Positions 25,781-34,388 of a DNA stretch of 48,561 nucleotides are shown here, in pieces. Location: UHGV virus genome UHGV-0105325. The stretch is one strand, 5' to 3'. The stretch comes from a virus. Under the pieces are notes generated by a model. That model was not told the DNA's origin. It saw nothing but the letters and a program-made list of their open reading frames with translations, and searched no databases. A program made the translations under genes and the position numbers. The number at the start of each line of letters is the position of its first letter. The stretch's first letter is position 1.

Positions 25781-27516
25781 TGACCCCTGTATTATCACCT
25801 GTCGCTGGTGCGGTCAGTGATGCAACACGTCCAAAGTTACGACCGTATCAGCAGGAATTAAAGAATCAGATTTACAACCACTGGAACGACCATCAACACA
25901 GTAACGTACTGGCGGTACTTCCGACTGGTGCAGGTAAAACAGTATTCTTCTCATCCATCATTGCTGAACATGCGGGAGCAACGTGTGCTGTTGCTCACCG
26001 TCAGGAACTGGTGAGTCAGATTAGTCTTGCGCTGGCACGTAACAAAGTGCGACATCGGATTATCGGCCCAACGAATGTCGTCAAAATGATTGTTCGTCTG
26101 CACATGGAAGAAGTCGGGCACAGTTATTACGACCCGAACAGCCGTCACGCTGTGGCGGGGGTGGATACACTGGTGCGTCGCCGCGACCAGCTTGCTAACT
26201 GGCTACCTACGGTAAAATTGTGGGTCATGGATGAGGCGCACCATGTGCTGCAAGATAATAAATGGGGTAAAGCAGTAAACATGTTCCGCAATGCACGGGG
26301 ACTGGGCGTAACAGCCACTCCATCACGTGCGGACGGTTGTGGGCTGGGTTCACACGCTGATGGAGTTTTTGACAAGATGTTTGTCGGTCCGTCCATGCGT
26401 GACCTGATTAATATGGGCTATTTGACCGATTATAAACTTTACGCGCCACCCAGTTCTTTCCGTCGTGACGCTATTAAAAAGGTCAGCCAGACGACCGGTG
26501 ACTTTATAGCATCAGAGGTAAGTAAAGCGGTCAACGAGTCCAGTCTTGTCGCACATGATGAAAAGCAGGTTGTGGGTGATGTGGTGCGCACATACCAGAA
26601 ATTACTCAACGGTATGCTGACCGTCGTATTTGCGCCGGATGTGGCGACCGCTACAGAGCTGGAAAAACAGTATAACGACGCAGGCATTCCAGCAAAATGT
26701 GTACACGGTGCGATGCCGGATGCAGAACGTATTAACGCTGTACGTAAATTTAAAAATCGTGAATACCTTGTACTGACATCGGTGGCCATTTTCGATGAAG
26801 GTTTTGACTGTCCCGCAATTGAGGCGGTACAGGATGTGTCAGCCACGGAATCATTCGGGCGGTTTGTGCAGCGTGCGGGACGTATGTTGCGTCTGAAAGA
26901 CGGTAAGGATTTTGGGCGTTACGTTGACCATGTGGGTAACATCGAACGTCATGCGGTGCTTGTTGATCACCCGGAAGGAACAAAAATTGAACTGTGTCAC
27001 CGGGAATGGACGCTTGACCGCCGGGAGAAGTCCGGGGGCAAAAGTGAGAAATCGGCAGTACGTGCATGTGCTGCCTGTTCCGGTACATACGAGCGTTATC
27101 TGAAAAAATGCCCATACTGCGGTGAACCAATACCCGAACCAGCAGCAACTCAGCGCAGCAATGTGGAATGGGTGGATGGTGATTTACACGAGCTTGACCC
27201 GGATGTACTGGCACATCTACAGGGTGAAGTGATTGGTGCACGTGAGGACGTCAATCAGTACCGAGATAAGATGATTGGTCACGGTTTACCACCTCATGCT
27301 GTGAAGAGAAACGTTAAATTACATGAAAACCGGCTTGACGCGCTCGTCAAACTGGACCATACTCTTGCTCAGTGGGCCGGGTATCGCCGTGCGGAAGGTC
27401 TGAGCGACAGTGAAATATTTCGCAAGTTTTACCTGACGTACGGCGTGTCATGGGTGGAGGCGCAGGCGCTCAAAGCGGCTGATGCGGATAAATTAAGAGA
27501 GAGGATCGGGTTATGA
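25780..27516 (+). CDS. superfamily-2 DEAD/DEAH-box helicase (ResIII-like)
   Basis: Walker A LPTGAGKT, DEAH box VMDEAHH, motif III TATP. C-terminal CxxC...CxxC zinc ribbon. Confidence 0.7.
   Translation: MTPVLSPVAGAVSDATRPKLRPYQQELKNQIYNHWNDHQHSNVLAVLPTGAGKTVFFSSIIAEHAGATCAVAHRQELVSQISLALARNKVRHRIIGPTNVVKMIVRLHMEEVGHSYYDPNSRHAVAGVDTLVRRRDQLANWLPTVKLWVMDEAHHVLQDNKWGKAVNMFRNARGLGVTATPSRADGCGLGSHADGVFDKMFVGPSMRDLINMGYLTDYKLYAPPSSFRRDAIKKVSQTTGDFIASEVSKAVNESSLVAHDEKQVVGDVVRTYQKLLNGMLTVVFAPDVATATELEKQYNDAGIPAKCVHGAMPDAERINAVRKFKNREYLVLTSVAIFDEGFDCPAIEAVQDVSATESFGRFVQRAGRMLRLKDGKDFGRYVDHVGNIERHAVLVDHPEGTKIELCHREWTLDRREKSGGKSEKSAVRACAACSGTYERYLKKCPYCGEPIPEPAATQRSNVEWVDGDLHELDPDVLAHLQGEVIGAREDVNQYRDKMIGHGLPPHAVKRNVKLHENRLDALVKLDHTLAQWAGYRRAEGLSDSEIFRKFYLTYGVSWVEAQALKAADADKLRERIGL
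27335..27368 (+). promoter_or_regulatory. internal promoter with palindrome (TTGACGcgctCGTCA) inside the helicase 3' end; -10 CATACT
   Basis: Same -35/operator geometry as the intergenic family members. Would drive the genes at 27513-28706. Confidence 0.45.
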
Positions 27517-27827
27517 GATTGTCGGCATATCAATTGTGTTCCAAGTTTGGTTTTGAAGATGGTGACATCGTGGGTAATTATTGTGATGAAAATAAAATTG
27601 ACCTTAAAAATCGATATCACAAAGATGTTCTTATCAGGCTGGTGAGGAAATACCTCGAACCAAAATTGACACTGGGTATTTCTCTTTATGAAATTTGTAG
27701 TATTCACAATCCTATTCGGTGCGATGATGAATGTTGGGACAAATGTAACGAATGCGATGTGATTGTCGATATAACCCGCGAGCAGATTTTAGAAACCATT
27801 GAAGAGGTTGAACCAGATGACGAATGA
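27513..27827 (+). CDS. hypothetical Cys-rich protein
   Basis: 104 aa with a C-terminal CDDECWDKCNECD cluster. Confidence 0.5.
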   Translation: MRLSAYQLCSKFGFEDGDIVGNYCDENKIDLKNRYHKDVLIRLVRKYLEPKLTLGISLYEICSIHNPIRCDDECWDKCNECDVIVDITREQILETIEEVEPDDE

Positions 27828-28290
27828 CCTTCTCGAATGGCAACGTAAGCACGGTATCACGGCTGAGGCGCTGGCTGACCTTGTGACAATGGTGGGACTG
27901 GATGTCCCACGCTCAACCAAAGATACGCCCGAAGCACGTGTGCAGGATGAGGCGCGACTACTGGCAAGCAAAATGGGCTGGCGACTGTTTCGCAACAATG
28001 TCGGAGTTCTAAAAGATGAGCGGGGTGTACCAGTACGGTACGGTATCGCAAATGACTCCCCGGCGATGAACAAACGTATCAAGTCGAGCGACCTCATCGG
28101 TATCCGCCCCGTGGTCATCACGCCTGATATGGTCGGGTCAACCATTGGACAGTTTGTGGCACGTGAGGTGAAGAAAGCCGGGTGGAAGTATAAAGGTACG
28201 GAACACGAAGAGGCACAGCTTGCATTTGGGACGCTCATTATCGGGCTGGGCGGTGACTTCCGGTTCTGGTCAGGAGAAGGGGAGTTGTGA
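27817..28290 (+). CDS. VRR-NUC family PD-(D/E)XK nuclease
   Basis: Motifs D(LIG) ... E-x-K (FVAREVKK) in the VRR-NUC order. Start taken at MTNDLLEW. Confidence 0.5.
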   Translation: MTNDLLEWQRKHGITAEALADLVTMVGLDVPRSTKDTPEARVQDEARLLASKMGWRLFRNNVGVLKDERGVPVRYGIANDSPAMNKRIKSSDLIGIRPVVITPDMVGSTIGQFVAREVKKAGWKYKGTEHEEAQLAFGTLIIGLGGDFRFWSGEGEL

Positions 28291-28706
28291 TGGGAAAAAT
28301 AAATTATTTTAAAAATGAACACTCTTTTTTGAGTAATTTTTACCCCGTGCAAATTACGATAGATGGTATTACATACTGTAGCGTCGAACATGCTTATGTT
28401 GCAATGAAAACACTCGACATCGAAATAAGAAAGAAAATTTCACTGATGAATAGACCAGGTGAAGTAAAAAAATTTGGTAGAACAATACAATTACGTAGCG
28501 ATTGGGACCACGTAAAACTTCCTCTGATGATGGGATTATTGTGTATTAAATTTCAAAATCCGGAATTAAAACTAATGTTGAAGTCTACAGGGTCCGACTA
28601 CCTGGAAGAAGGGAACTGGTGGGGTGATACATTCTGGGGGGTTTGTCGCGGCATAGGGGAAAACAATTTAGGCAAGCTGCTGATGGAAATCAGAAGTCAG
28701 ATTTAG
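28287..28706 (+). CDS. NADAR (YbiA/DUF1768) domain protein
   Basis: HSFLSNFYP...ITY.SVEHAYVAMK matches the NADAR core. The gene is markedly AT-richer than its neighbours. Confidence 0.6.
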   Translation: MMGKINYFKNEHSFLSNFYPVQITIDGITYCSVEHAYVAMKTLDIEIRKKISLMNRPGEVKKFGRTIQLRSDWDHVKLPLMMGLLCIKFQNPELKLMLKSTGSDYLEEGNWWGDTFWGVCRGIGENNLGKLLMEIRSQI

Positions 28707-28711
28707 CCAGT

Positions 28712-28745
28712 TGACCACTTCGTCAACCTGTGCCATACTGCAACA
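28712..28745 (+). promoter_or_regulatory. promoter with palindrome variant (TTGACCacttCGTCA); -10 CATACT
   Basis: Immediately upstream of the TetR-like HTH gene. Confidence 0.6.
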
Positions 28746-28768
28746 AATTACCTAATGGAACCGAAATT

Positions 28769-29047
28769 ATGAGCAAAGAACATATTCTGGAAGTAGCTTA
28801 CACGATAGCACAGCGCGACGGCTTTGGTAATCTTACTCGCGATGGTGTGGCGGCTGAGGCTGGCGTGGCGATGGGGTCAGTTAACCACCACTGGGTTAAG
28901 ATGTCCGCACTTCGTGAAGCAGTGATGCAACGGGCAGTAGAAGAAGAAAACCTCGAATTGATTGGACAGGGAATGGCGCTGGGTGATAGCGTTGCCAAAT
29001 CCGCGCCACTGGAGCTACGCACCCGCGCGCTGATCACCCTGCTTTAA
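28769..29047 (+). CDS. short TetR-family-like HTH protein (92 aa, DNA-binding domain only)
   Basis: ILEVAYTIAQRDGFGNLTRDGVAAEAGVAMGSVNHHW resembles the TetR N-terminal HTH. The upstream ATG at 28730 lies inside the -10, so the start is set at MSKEHIL. Confidence 0.5.
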   Translation: MSKEHILEVAYTIAQRDGFGNLTRDGVAAEAGVAMGSVNHHWVKMSALREAVMQRAVEEENLELIGQGMALGDSVAKSAPLELRTRALITLL

Positions 29048-29069
29048 TAACTAAAACAGAGAGACGGAG

Positions 29070-31427
29070 ATGACACATATGAATCCCCCTGTGCAGGGGG
29101 CCGATTCCCTGCACTTTATCGTCTGCAAAACAGTACCTTCACAGAAGAAGCCCGGACGCACGGAGAAGATGCCGTGTAATGCTGCTGGCGATGTGGTCAG
29201 TCTGCACGTTGCTGACCGCATGACTCACGCTCAGGCGGTTACGGCGGCTTCTGCACTGGGTGAGTCATATCGCCCCGCGGTTATTCTTACGGGTGACGGA
29301 CGTTTCTGCGTGGATATCGACGGTGCGCTGCAGGACGACAACACCTGGTCGCCGCTTGCGCTGGAGTTATGCACCACTTTTGCCGGTTGCTACGTGGAAG
29401 TGAGCAACAGTGGTAAAGGTCTGCACATTTTCGGTTATAGCCCGTCCATCCCGGAACACACCTGTAAAAATATTCCGCTACACATCGAGCTGTATACCTC
29501 TGACCGTTTCATTTGTCTGGGAAGTGGTGCGCAGGGTGACATGATGTTTAACGCATCCGCACCGCTCAATATCGTGGCCGCACGTTATTTCCCGCAGACC
29601 GAGCAAGTTACGGCGACGGAATGGACCACAACTCACGCTGAAGGTTCATGTCCGATTGAGGACGATGTGAAACTCATCGAAAAAGCCTGTTCGAGTAAAG
29701 GTGGTGTCGCGGCTGTTTTCGGTGGTAAAGCAACATTCAAAGACCTGTGGACGCGTAATGTTGAGGTACTGAGTGATGCGTATCCGGATGAGGACCGCGA
29801 GTATGACGGGTCAAGCGCTGATGCAGCGTTAGCCCAGCATCTGGCGTTCTGGACCGGTGGTAACTGTGAACGTATCGAACGCCTGATGCGCCTGTCCGCC
29901 ATGGTACGTCCCAAATGGGATAGTCACAAATCGTACATGCAACGTACCATTCTGGGCGCTTGCGCCCGTCAGACAACTTATTACAGTGTCGGTGCACCGA
30001 TTGAACTGGTGACCCCTGCTCAGGTTGTTGAGACTGGTGCACCGGTTATCCGCAGTGGCTATCAGTTTATTGGTGGCTCACAGCTTGTTGACCACTTCAA
30101 AGGCTGCGTGTATGTGGCAGACAGTCACCGCATTCTCACGCCTAACGGTCAGATGCTGAAGTCTGAGCAGTTTAATGCAATGTATGGTGGGTATGTGTTT
30201 GCGCTGGATGACGGCAATGAAAAAACAACAAAAAAAGCTTTTGAAGCGTTCACCGAGAATCAGTGCATCATGTTCCCGAAGGTTGACCGCTCGACATTCC
30301 GTCCGGACCTGTCACAGGGTGCCATTATTGAGGAAGATGGCCTGCGTCATGTCAACGCATACGTACCGGTGACGGTGGCGAGCATCCCCGGAGATGTGAC
30401 ACCTTTCCTCACTCATCTAGCCAAACTGTTACCCATCGAGCGTGACCGTGAGATTCTGTTGTCATACATGGCAGCGTGTGTGCAGTACAAAGGGACCAAG
30501 TTCAAATGGGCACCATTGCTGCAGGGTGTTGAAGGTAACGGTAAAACACTGTTCACACTGTGCGTAATGGAAGCGGTCGGTTCACGTTACAGCCACATGC
30601 CGCCAGCGCAGGAAATTGGCGAGAAGTTCAACGCATGGTTATTCGATAAAATATTTATCGGCGTGGAAGATATTTACGTTCCGGAGCAGAAACTTGAACT
30701 GATTGAAACACTAAAGCCGATGATTACCGGTGAGTATCTTGCTAAACGTGCGATGCAACAGGACCAGGTAATGCACCGCCTGTGCGCTAACTTCATGTTT
30801 AACAGTAACCACAAAAACGCCGTGCGCAAGACCGCTAATGACCGCCGCTTTGCTATTTTCTACACCGCGCAGCAGGAGCATATCGACATTGTGCGCGACG
30901 GTATGGGTGGCGACTACTTCCCTAACCTGTACGACTGGCTCAAACGTGGTGGTGGATTTGCAGCCGTGACGCATTATCTGGAGAATTACTCCATCCCCGC
31001 ACAGTTTAACCCGGCGACACATTGTCAGCGTGCACCAGAGACCAGTAGCACCCACGAAGCAGTGACAGCATCACTCGGCAGCGTTGAGCAGGAAATAATG
31101 GAAGCAATTGACGAGGGTCGCCAGGGCTTTGCAGGTGGCTGGGTGAGCAGTAAGGCACTGGACAACCTGTTACGCCAGATGCGCGCTGATCGCACTGTAC
31201 CAGTGGGTAAACGTCGTGACATGATGCGGTCATTGGGTTACGACTGGCACCCTGCGCTCAAAGATGGACGTGTGAATAACGTGATAATGATTGACGGTGG
31301 TAAGCCGCGGTTGTACATCAAGATTGGACACATTCACGCTAACCTCACAAATGCGGCAGACGTGGCGCGCCATTATGCGGCGGCACAGGGTGATACAAGT
31401 ACGATGGCCTTTGCAGAAACCAAATAA
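29070..31427 (+). CDS. primase-helicase (phage/plasmid P4 / D5 family, SF3 helicase C-terminus)
   Basis: 785 aa with Walker A GVEGNGKT and Walker B-like IGVEDI. The N-terminal primase-polymerase-like region and D5_N-like middle are assigned by resemblance. Confidence 0.65.
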   Translation: MTHMNPPVQGADSLHFIVCKTVPSQKKPGRTEKMPCNAAGDVVSLHVADRMTHAQAVTAASALGESYRPAVILTGDGRFCVDIDGALQDDNTWSPLALELCTTFAGCYVEVSNSGKGLHIFGYSPSIPEHTCKNIPLHIELYTSDRFICLGSGAQGDMMFNASAPLNIVAARYFPQTEQVTATEWTTTHAEGSCPIEDDVKLIEKACSSKGGVAAVFGGKATFKDLWTRNVEVLSDAYPDEDREYDGSSADAALAQHLAFWTGGNCERIERLMRLSAMVRPKWDSHKSYMQRTILGACARQTTYYSVGAPIELVTPAQVVETGAPVIRSGYQFIGGSQLVDHFKGCVYVADSHRILTPNGQMLKSEQFNAMYGGYVFALDDGNEKTTKKAFEAFTENQCIMFPKVDRSTFRPDLSQGAIIEEDGLRHVNAYVPVTVASIPGDVTPFLTHLAKLLPIERDREILLSYMAACVQYKGTKFKWAPLLQGVEGNGKTLFTLCVMEAVGSRYSHMPPAQEIGEKFNAWLFDKIFIGVEDIYVPEQKLELIETLKPMITGEYLAKRAMQQDQVMHRLCANFMFNSNHKNAVRKTANDRRFAIFYTAQQEHIDIVRDGMGGDYFPNLYDWLKRGGGFAAVTHYLENYSIPAQFNPATHCQRAPETSSTHEAVTASLGSVEQEIMEAIDEGRQGFAGGWVSSKALDNLLRQMRADRTVPVGKRRDMMRSLGYDWHPALKDGRVNNVIMIDGGKPRLYIKIGHIHANLTNAADVARHYAAAQGDTSTMAFAETK

Positions 31428-31449
31428 GCCCTTCGGGGCTTTTTTTTTG
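31427..31449 (+). terminator. rho-independent terminator gcccttcggggc + T9
   Basis: Canonical hairpin plus U-tract. Confidence 0.8.
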
Positions 31450-31458
31450 CAATTAGTA

Positions 31459-31492
31459 TTGACGAGTCCGTCAAGGTGGGTTATCTTTAACT
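31459..31492 (+). promoter_or_regulatory. promoter with palindrome TGACGagtcCGTCA; -35 TTGACG, -10 TATCTT
   Basis: Same geometry as the family. Drives the acidic-protein operon. Confidence 0.65.
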
Positions 31493-31520
31493 CATCGGAA
31501 CAACAACAGAGGATAGAGAG

Positions 31521-31751
31521 ATGAAAACGGGTAGCGATTTGAAAATGGCTTTAAGAGATGCCGTAAATTATTCTTTTGTAGGCTGCGCAGATGCAAGAGA
31601 AACATTCCTGATTGCACAAAGTGTGATTGAGTTTTTTTGTGCAATTGGTTTGAGTGATGAAGAATATGTAGAAATTTTATCGAATTGTGGCGGTTCAGAT
31701 GCTGAAACAGATGACGCAATCGATCGTTTAATTGAGGAATTTAAGCAATGA
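31521..31751 (+). CDS. small acidic protein (possible DNA-mimic / anti-restriction candidate)
   Basis: 76 aa, strongly acidic C-terminal half. First gene of a freshly initiated early transcript. Confidence 0.5.
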   Translation: MKTGSDLKMALRDAVNYSFVGCADARETFLIAQSVIEFFCAIGLSDEEYVEILSNCGGSDAETDDAIDRLIEEFKQ

Positions 31752-31921
31752 AAAACATTATCAGTCATCACAAACTGTCTGACCTGCTGGGTAATATGAC
31801 CGAGGTTCAGGCGTTGAACACACTGTCACGTATGCGTGCGCAGGCTGACCGGGACGGACTGTGTGTCACTCGTCTCATTGTTGAAGGTAAAGTGCGGGAA
31901 CAGTGGATATGGAAGCACTAA
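31748..31921 (+). CDS. 57-aa hypothetical protein
   Basis: ATGA-coupled to the previous gene. Not in the ORF track. Confidence 0.4.
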   Translation: MKNIISHHKLSDLLGNMTEVQALNTLSRMRAQADRDGLCVTRLIVEGKVREQWIWKH

Positions 31922-32256
31922 GTTATTGTCAGCTGATGGAGCGCTGTTTAGCGGCTGAGGCGCGGGTGGTGGAACTGGAGTCCCGCACTGTGAAGCTGCC
32001 AGACGAATTATCGGGGGAAACATTACTCGATAATGCCAGTGGAATCGACCTTGTTTATTCCGATGATACTGGAGTATTGGAGTACACGAATATCAATGGG
32101 TGTTTTGTCAAAGTTACTGCACCACCAGATAAAGTAATCAGATTTAGATTTAGCAATAAAGGCATATACATAAGACTTGTAGACAGAGTTAAAACCCATG
32201 AACACGCGGGCATAACTATTGATTTTCCTAAAAACTATAAGGATTTTATATGGTGA
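31903..32256 (+). CDS. hypothetical protein
   Basis: 117-aa ORF. Confidence 0.45.
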   Translation: MDMEALSYCQLMERCLAAEARVVELESRTVKLPDELSGETLLDNASGIDLVYSDDTGVLEYTNINGCFVKVTAPPDKVIRFRFSNKGIYIRLVDRVKTHEHAGITIDFPKNYKDFIW

Positions 32257-32299
32257 ATATGCACATTATTTCCGTTGATGACATCAAGTGGGAGGCTGA

Positions 32300-32599
32300 G
32301 TGAAATCAGTATTGTTCGCCCTGGACGGTGTACTGCGGGATGCGCAGGGCGAACCAATTAAGGACAATATCGCGCTCGCAAGGGCGCTGTACTGTGCGGG
32401 TCACGATGTGCTGGTGACCGGTCCACGTGATGCGTATGAATGGTTACGCAAGCACGATGTGACATTTGATGACCTGTTAGCCGGTCGTCACATTACGATT
32501 GACGCCACAAAACTGATGTTTGCGGTTGTCAATGATGAGATTATGGCGCACGCGCTAAAATGCGCAGGTGTGCATACCTGGAGATATGAAAATGCGTAA
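32300..32599 (+). CDS. hypothetical protein
   Basis: 99-aa ORF with GGAGG RBS. Confidence 0.5.
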   Translation: MKSVLFALDGVLRDAQGEPIKDNIALARALYCAGHDVLVTGPRDAYEWLRKHDVTFDDLLAGRHITIDATKLMFAVVNDEIMAHALKCAGVHTWRYENA

Positions 32600-32882
32600 A
32601 TTACTGTTCTGTCTGATGCTGTGCGGTACTGCTAATGCAGCTGTTACTGCTGAGACAAATGAATCACAGGTTGCTAACCTGCTCTTTAACGGTTGTAGCG
32701 CTCAACGTGCGCAAATGGGTGTGCAGGAAATGATTAAACAGGCTAACCCGGGCGGCAATCCTGTGGCGACCGACCTTATCATCAAAGGTTACAAGTTCGG
32801 CATTGACTACCCGAATGTTGGATGTAACCAGTTCTTTACGGTTGTTATTGACCAGTTAGTTAAAAGCCGGAGCAAAGTGTAA
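32586..32882 (+). CDS. secreted small protein (signal peptide)
   Basis: MKMRKLLFCLMLCGTANA signal sequence with GGAGAT RBS. Confidence 0.5.
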   Translation: MKMRKLLFCLMLCGTANAAVTAETNESQVANLLFNGCSAQRAQMGVQEMIKQANPGGNPVATDLIIKGYKFGIDYPNVGCNQFFTVVIDQLVKSRSKV

Positions 32883-34006
32883 TGAGTATACTGACTGACG
32901 AGAAGTTACTGGCCGACGTGACCGCAGGGATGAGTGGTCACGCTATTGCGAAAAAGTACAGCATGAGTCCCGGCAACATTAACCGCCGCATTAAACGTCT
33001 CGGTGCGCGCGGTCTGGGTCACGGTGGTGATGTGTCCCGCTTTGTGCCGGACGGTTACAAGGTGAAAGGTACATCGTCACTGGTGAAGGAGGACGGGACG
33101 GTAGCGCTACAATGGGTCAAGACTGATGTGGATGTCGAGCGTCAGTTGAAAATGATGCAGGAAGCGATTGCGGCGCTTACAGCGGATATTAAGCCAGTTG
33201 AGTTACCCGGGTTTACCAGACACCCCACTGCGGAAAACCTTTGCAACCTGTACACTGTGAGTGATTTTCACCTGGGGATGCTGGCATGTCTGGAAGAGTC
33301 CGGCGAGGACTGGGATATCAAAATAGCGGAGAACATGTTTGTTAACTGGTTCAGCGCTGCCGTTGAGATATCACCGTGGTCACATACCGCCGTGGTGTCA
33401 CTGCTGGGCGACCTGATGCACAGTGACTCACTGGCACCGGTAACCCCGGCGAGCGGACATGTACTGGATGCGGATAGCCGCTATTTTAAAATGATTCAGG
33501 TGACAATGCGCATGGTGCGCCGGGCGATTGAGATTGTCGCGCTGAAACACCCGCAGGTGCACATCGTCGTATCGCAAGGGAATCACGACGAGACAGGTAT
33601 GTTGTGGCTAACCAGCGCGCTTGAGATGATGTATGGACACGATGACCGTGTAACTGTGGACACATCGCCGGACGTGTTCAAAATGTTCCGCCACGGCGAC
33701 ACGGTACTCTTTTTCCACCATGGTCACAAAGTGCGATTTGACAGTATCGAGTCGGTGATGGTTTCCCGGTTCCGCCGCGACTATGGTGAGACAAGTTACG
33801 CATACGCCCACGTGGGTCACCTGCATCACCAGAAAATTGTTGAGAGTAACTGTATGGTGGTTGAACAACACCGCACGCTGGCGGCTAAGGATGCGTATGC
33901 GGCCCGGGGTGGATGGTTCAGTGGGCGTTGTGCCAATGTCATTACATATCATAAGCAATACGGTGAAGTTAGCCGTCAGTCAATCAGTCCGGAGATGTTG
34001 AAATGA
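32882..34006 (+). CDS. HTH-domain + calcineurin-like metallophosphoesterase fusion protein
   Basis: N-terminal HTH-like ~50 aa. Downstream phosphoesterase motifs SDFHLG, GDLMH, GNHD, HHGH, GHLHH in canonical order. Confidence 0.55.
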   Translation: MSILTDEKLLADVTAGMSGHAIAKKYSMSPGNINRRIKRLGARGLGHGGDVSRFVPDGYKVKGTSSLVKEDGTVALQWVKTDVDVERQLKMMQEAIAALTADIKPVELPGFTRHPTAENLCNLYTVSDFHLGMLACLEESGEDWDIKIAENMFVNWFSAAVEISPWSHTAVVSLLGDLMHSDSLAPVTPASGHVLDADSRYFKMIQVTMRMVRRAIEIVALKHPQVHIVVSQGNHDETGMLWLTSALEMMYGHDDRVTVDTSPDVFKMFRHGDTVLFFHHGHKVRFDSIESVMVSRFRRDYGETSYAYAHVGHLHHQKIVESNCMVVEQHRTLAAKDAYAARGGWFSGRCANVITYHKQYGEVSRQSISPEMLK

Positions 34007-34209
34007 GTGACAAGTACAGAGTGGTAAGTGTAATTCGTTATACTGTTTTTGGAGATGCAGTTAAATGTCCAGCAGTGCAAGTTAGAGTTGGTTATTTCTG
34101 GTGGGTAACACTGGCGCATTGCGAGAATGTGAAACAAGCTCTAACTTATATCGAAAATGTTAAGAAGCACAAGAAAGATAAAATATTAGGTGTTGTCACT
34201 GAAGTATGA
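34003..34209 (+). CDS. hypothetical protein
   Basis: 68 aa, coupled to the upstream gene. Last gene of the rightward early arm. Confidence 0.45.
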   Translation: MSDKYRVVSVIRYTVFGDAVKCPAVQVRVGYFWWVTLAHCENVKQALTYIENVKKHKKDKILGVVTEV

Positions 34210-34211
34210 AT

Positions 34212-34243
34212 AAAAGGCCCGCTAAATGCGGGCCTTTTATTCA
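34212..34243. terminator. bidirectional terminator aaaaggcccgctaaatgcgggcctttta
   Basis: Hairpin flanked by an A-run and a T-run, between convergent genes. Confidence 0.75.
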
Positions 34244-34245
34244 TT

Positions 34246-34386
34246 CATCGACTCTGTTAACTTTCGTATCGCAACCTATCATTTGATGAAACACCCATGG
34301 AGCAAATTTACCCAATCCAATACCCGTTCTTTCGGAGATGTTCCACACCATTGACCAAATGAATTTCCAAAGATTTAATTTCATTT
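34246..34386 (-). CDS. 46-aa hydrophobic micro-protein
   Basis: GGGAG RBS. ATG overlaps the stop of the zinc-ribbon gene. Uncertain. Confidence 0.3.
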
Positions 34387-34388
34387 TA

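Noticed and set aside
25951-27241. Antisense ORFs within the helicase gene (25951-26148, 26145-26396, 26439-26846, 26750-27241)
   Set aside because: Opposite strand of a motif-supported helicase gene, with biased composition and no translation signals.
27335-27349. Palindrome inside the helicase CDS dismissed as coincidence
   Set aside because: It was not dismissed. It was initially suspected to be chance, but it has the full -35/dyad/-10 geometry (TTGACG-17-CATACT), so it is kept as an internal-promoter feature at lower confidence.
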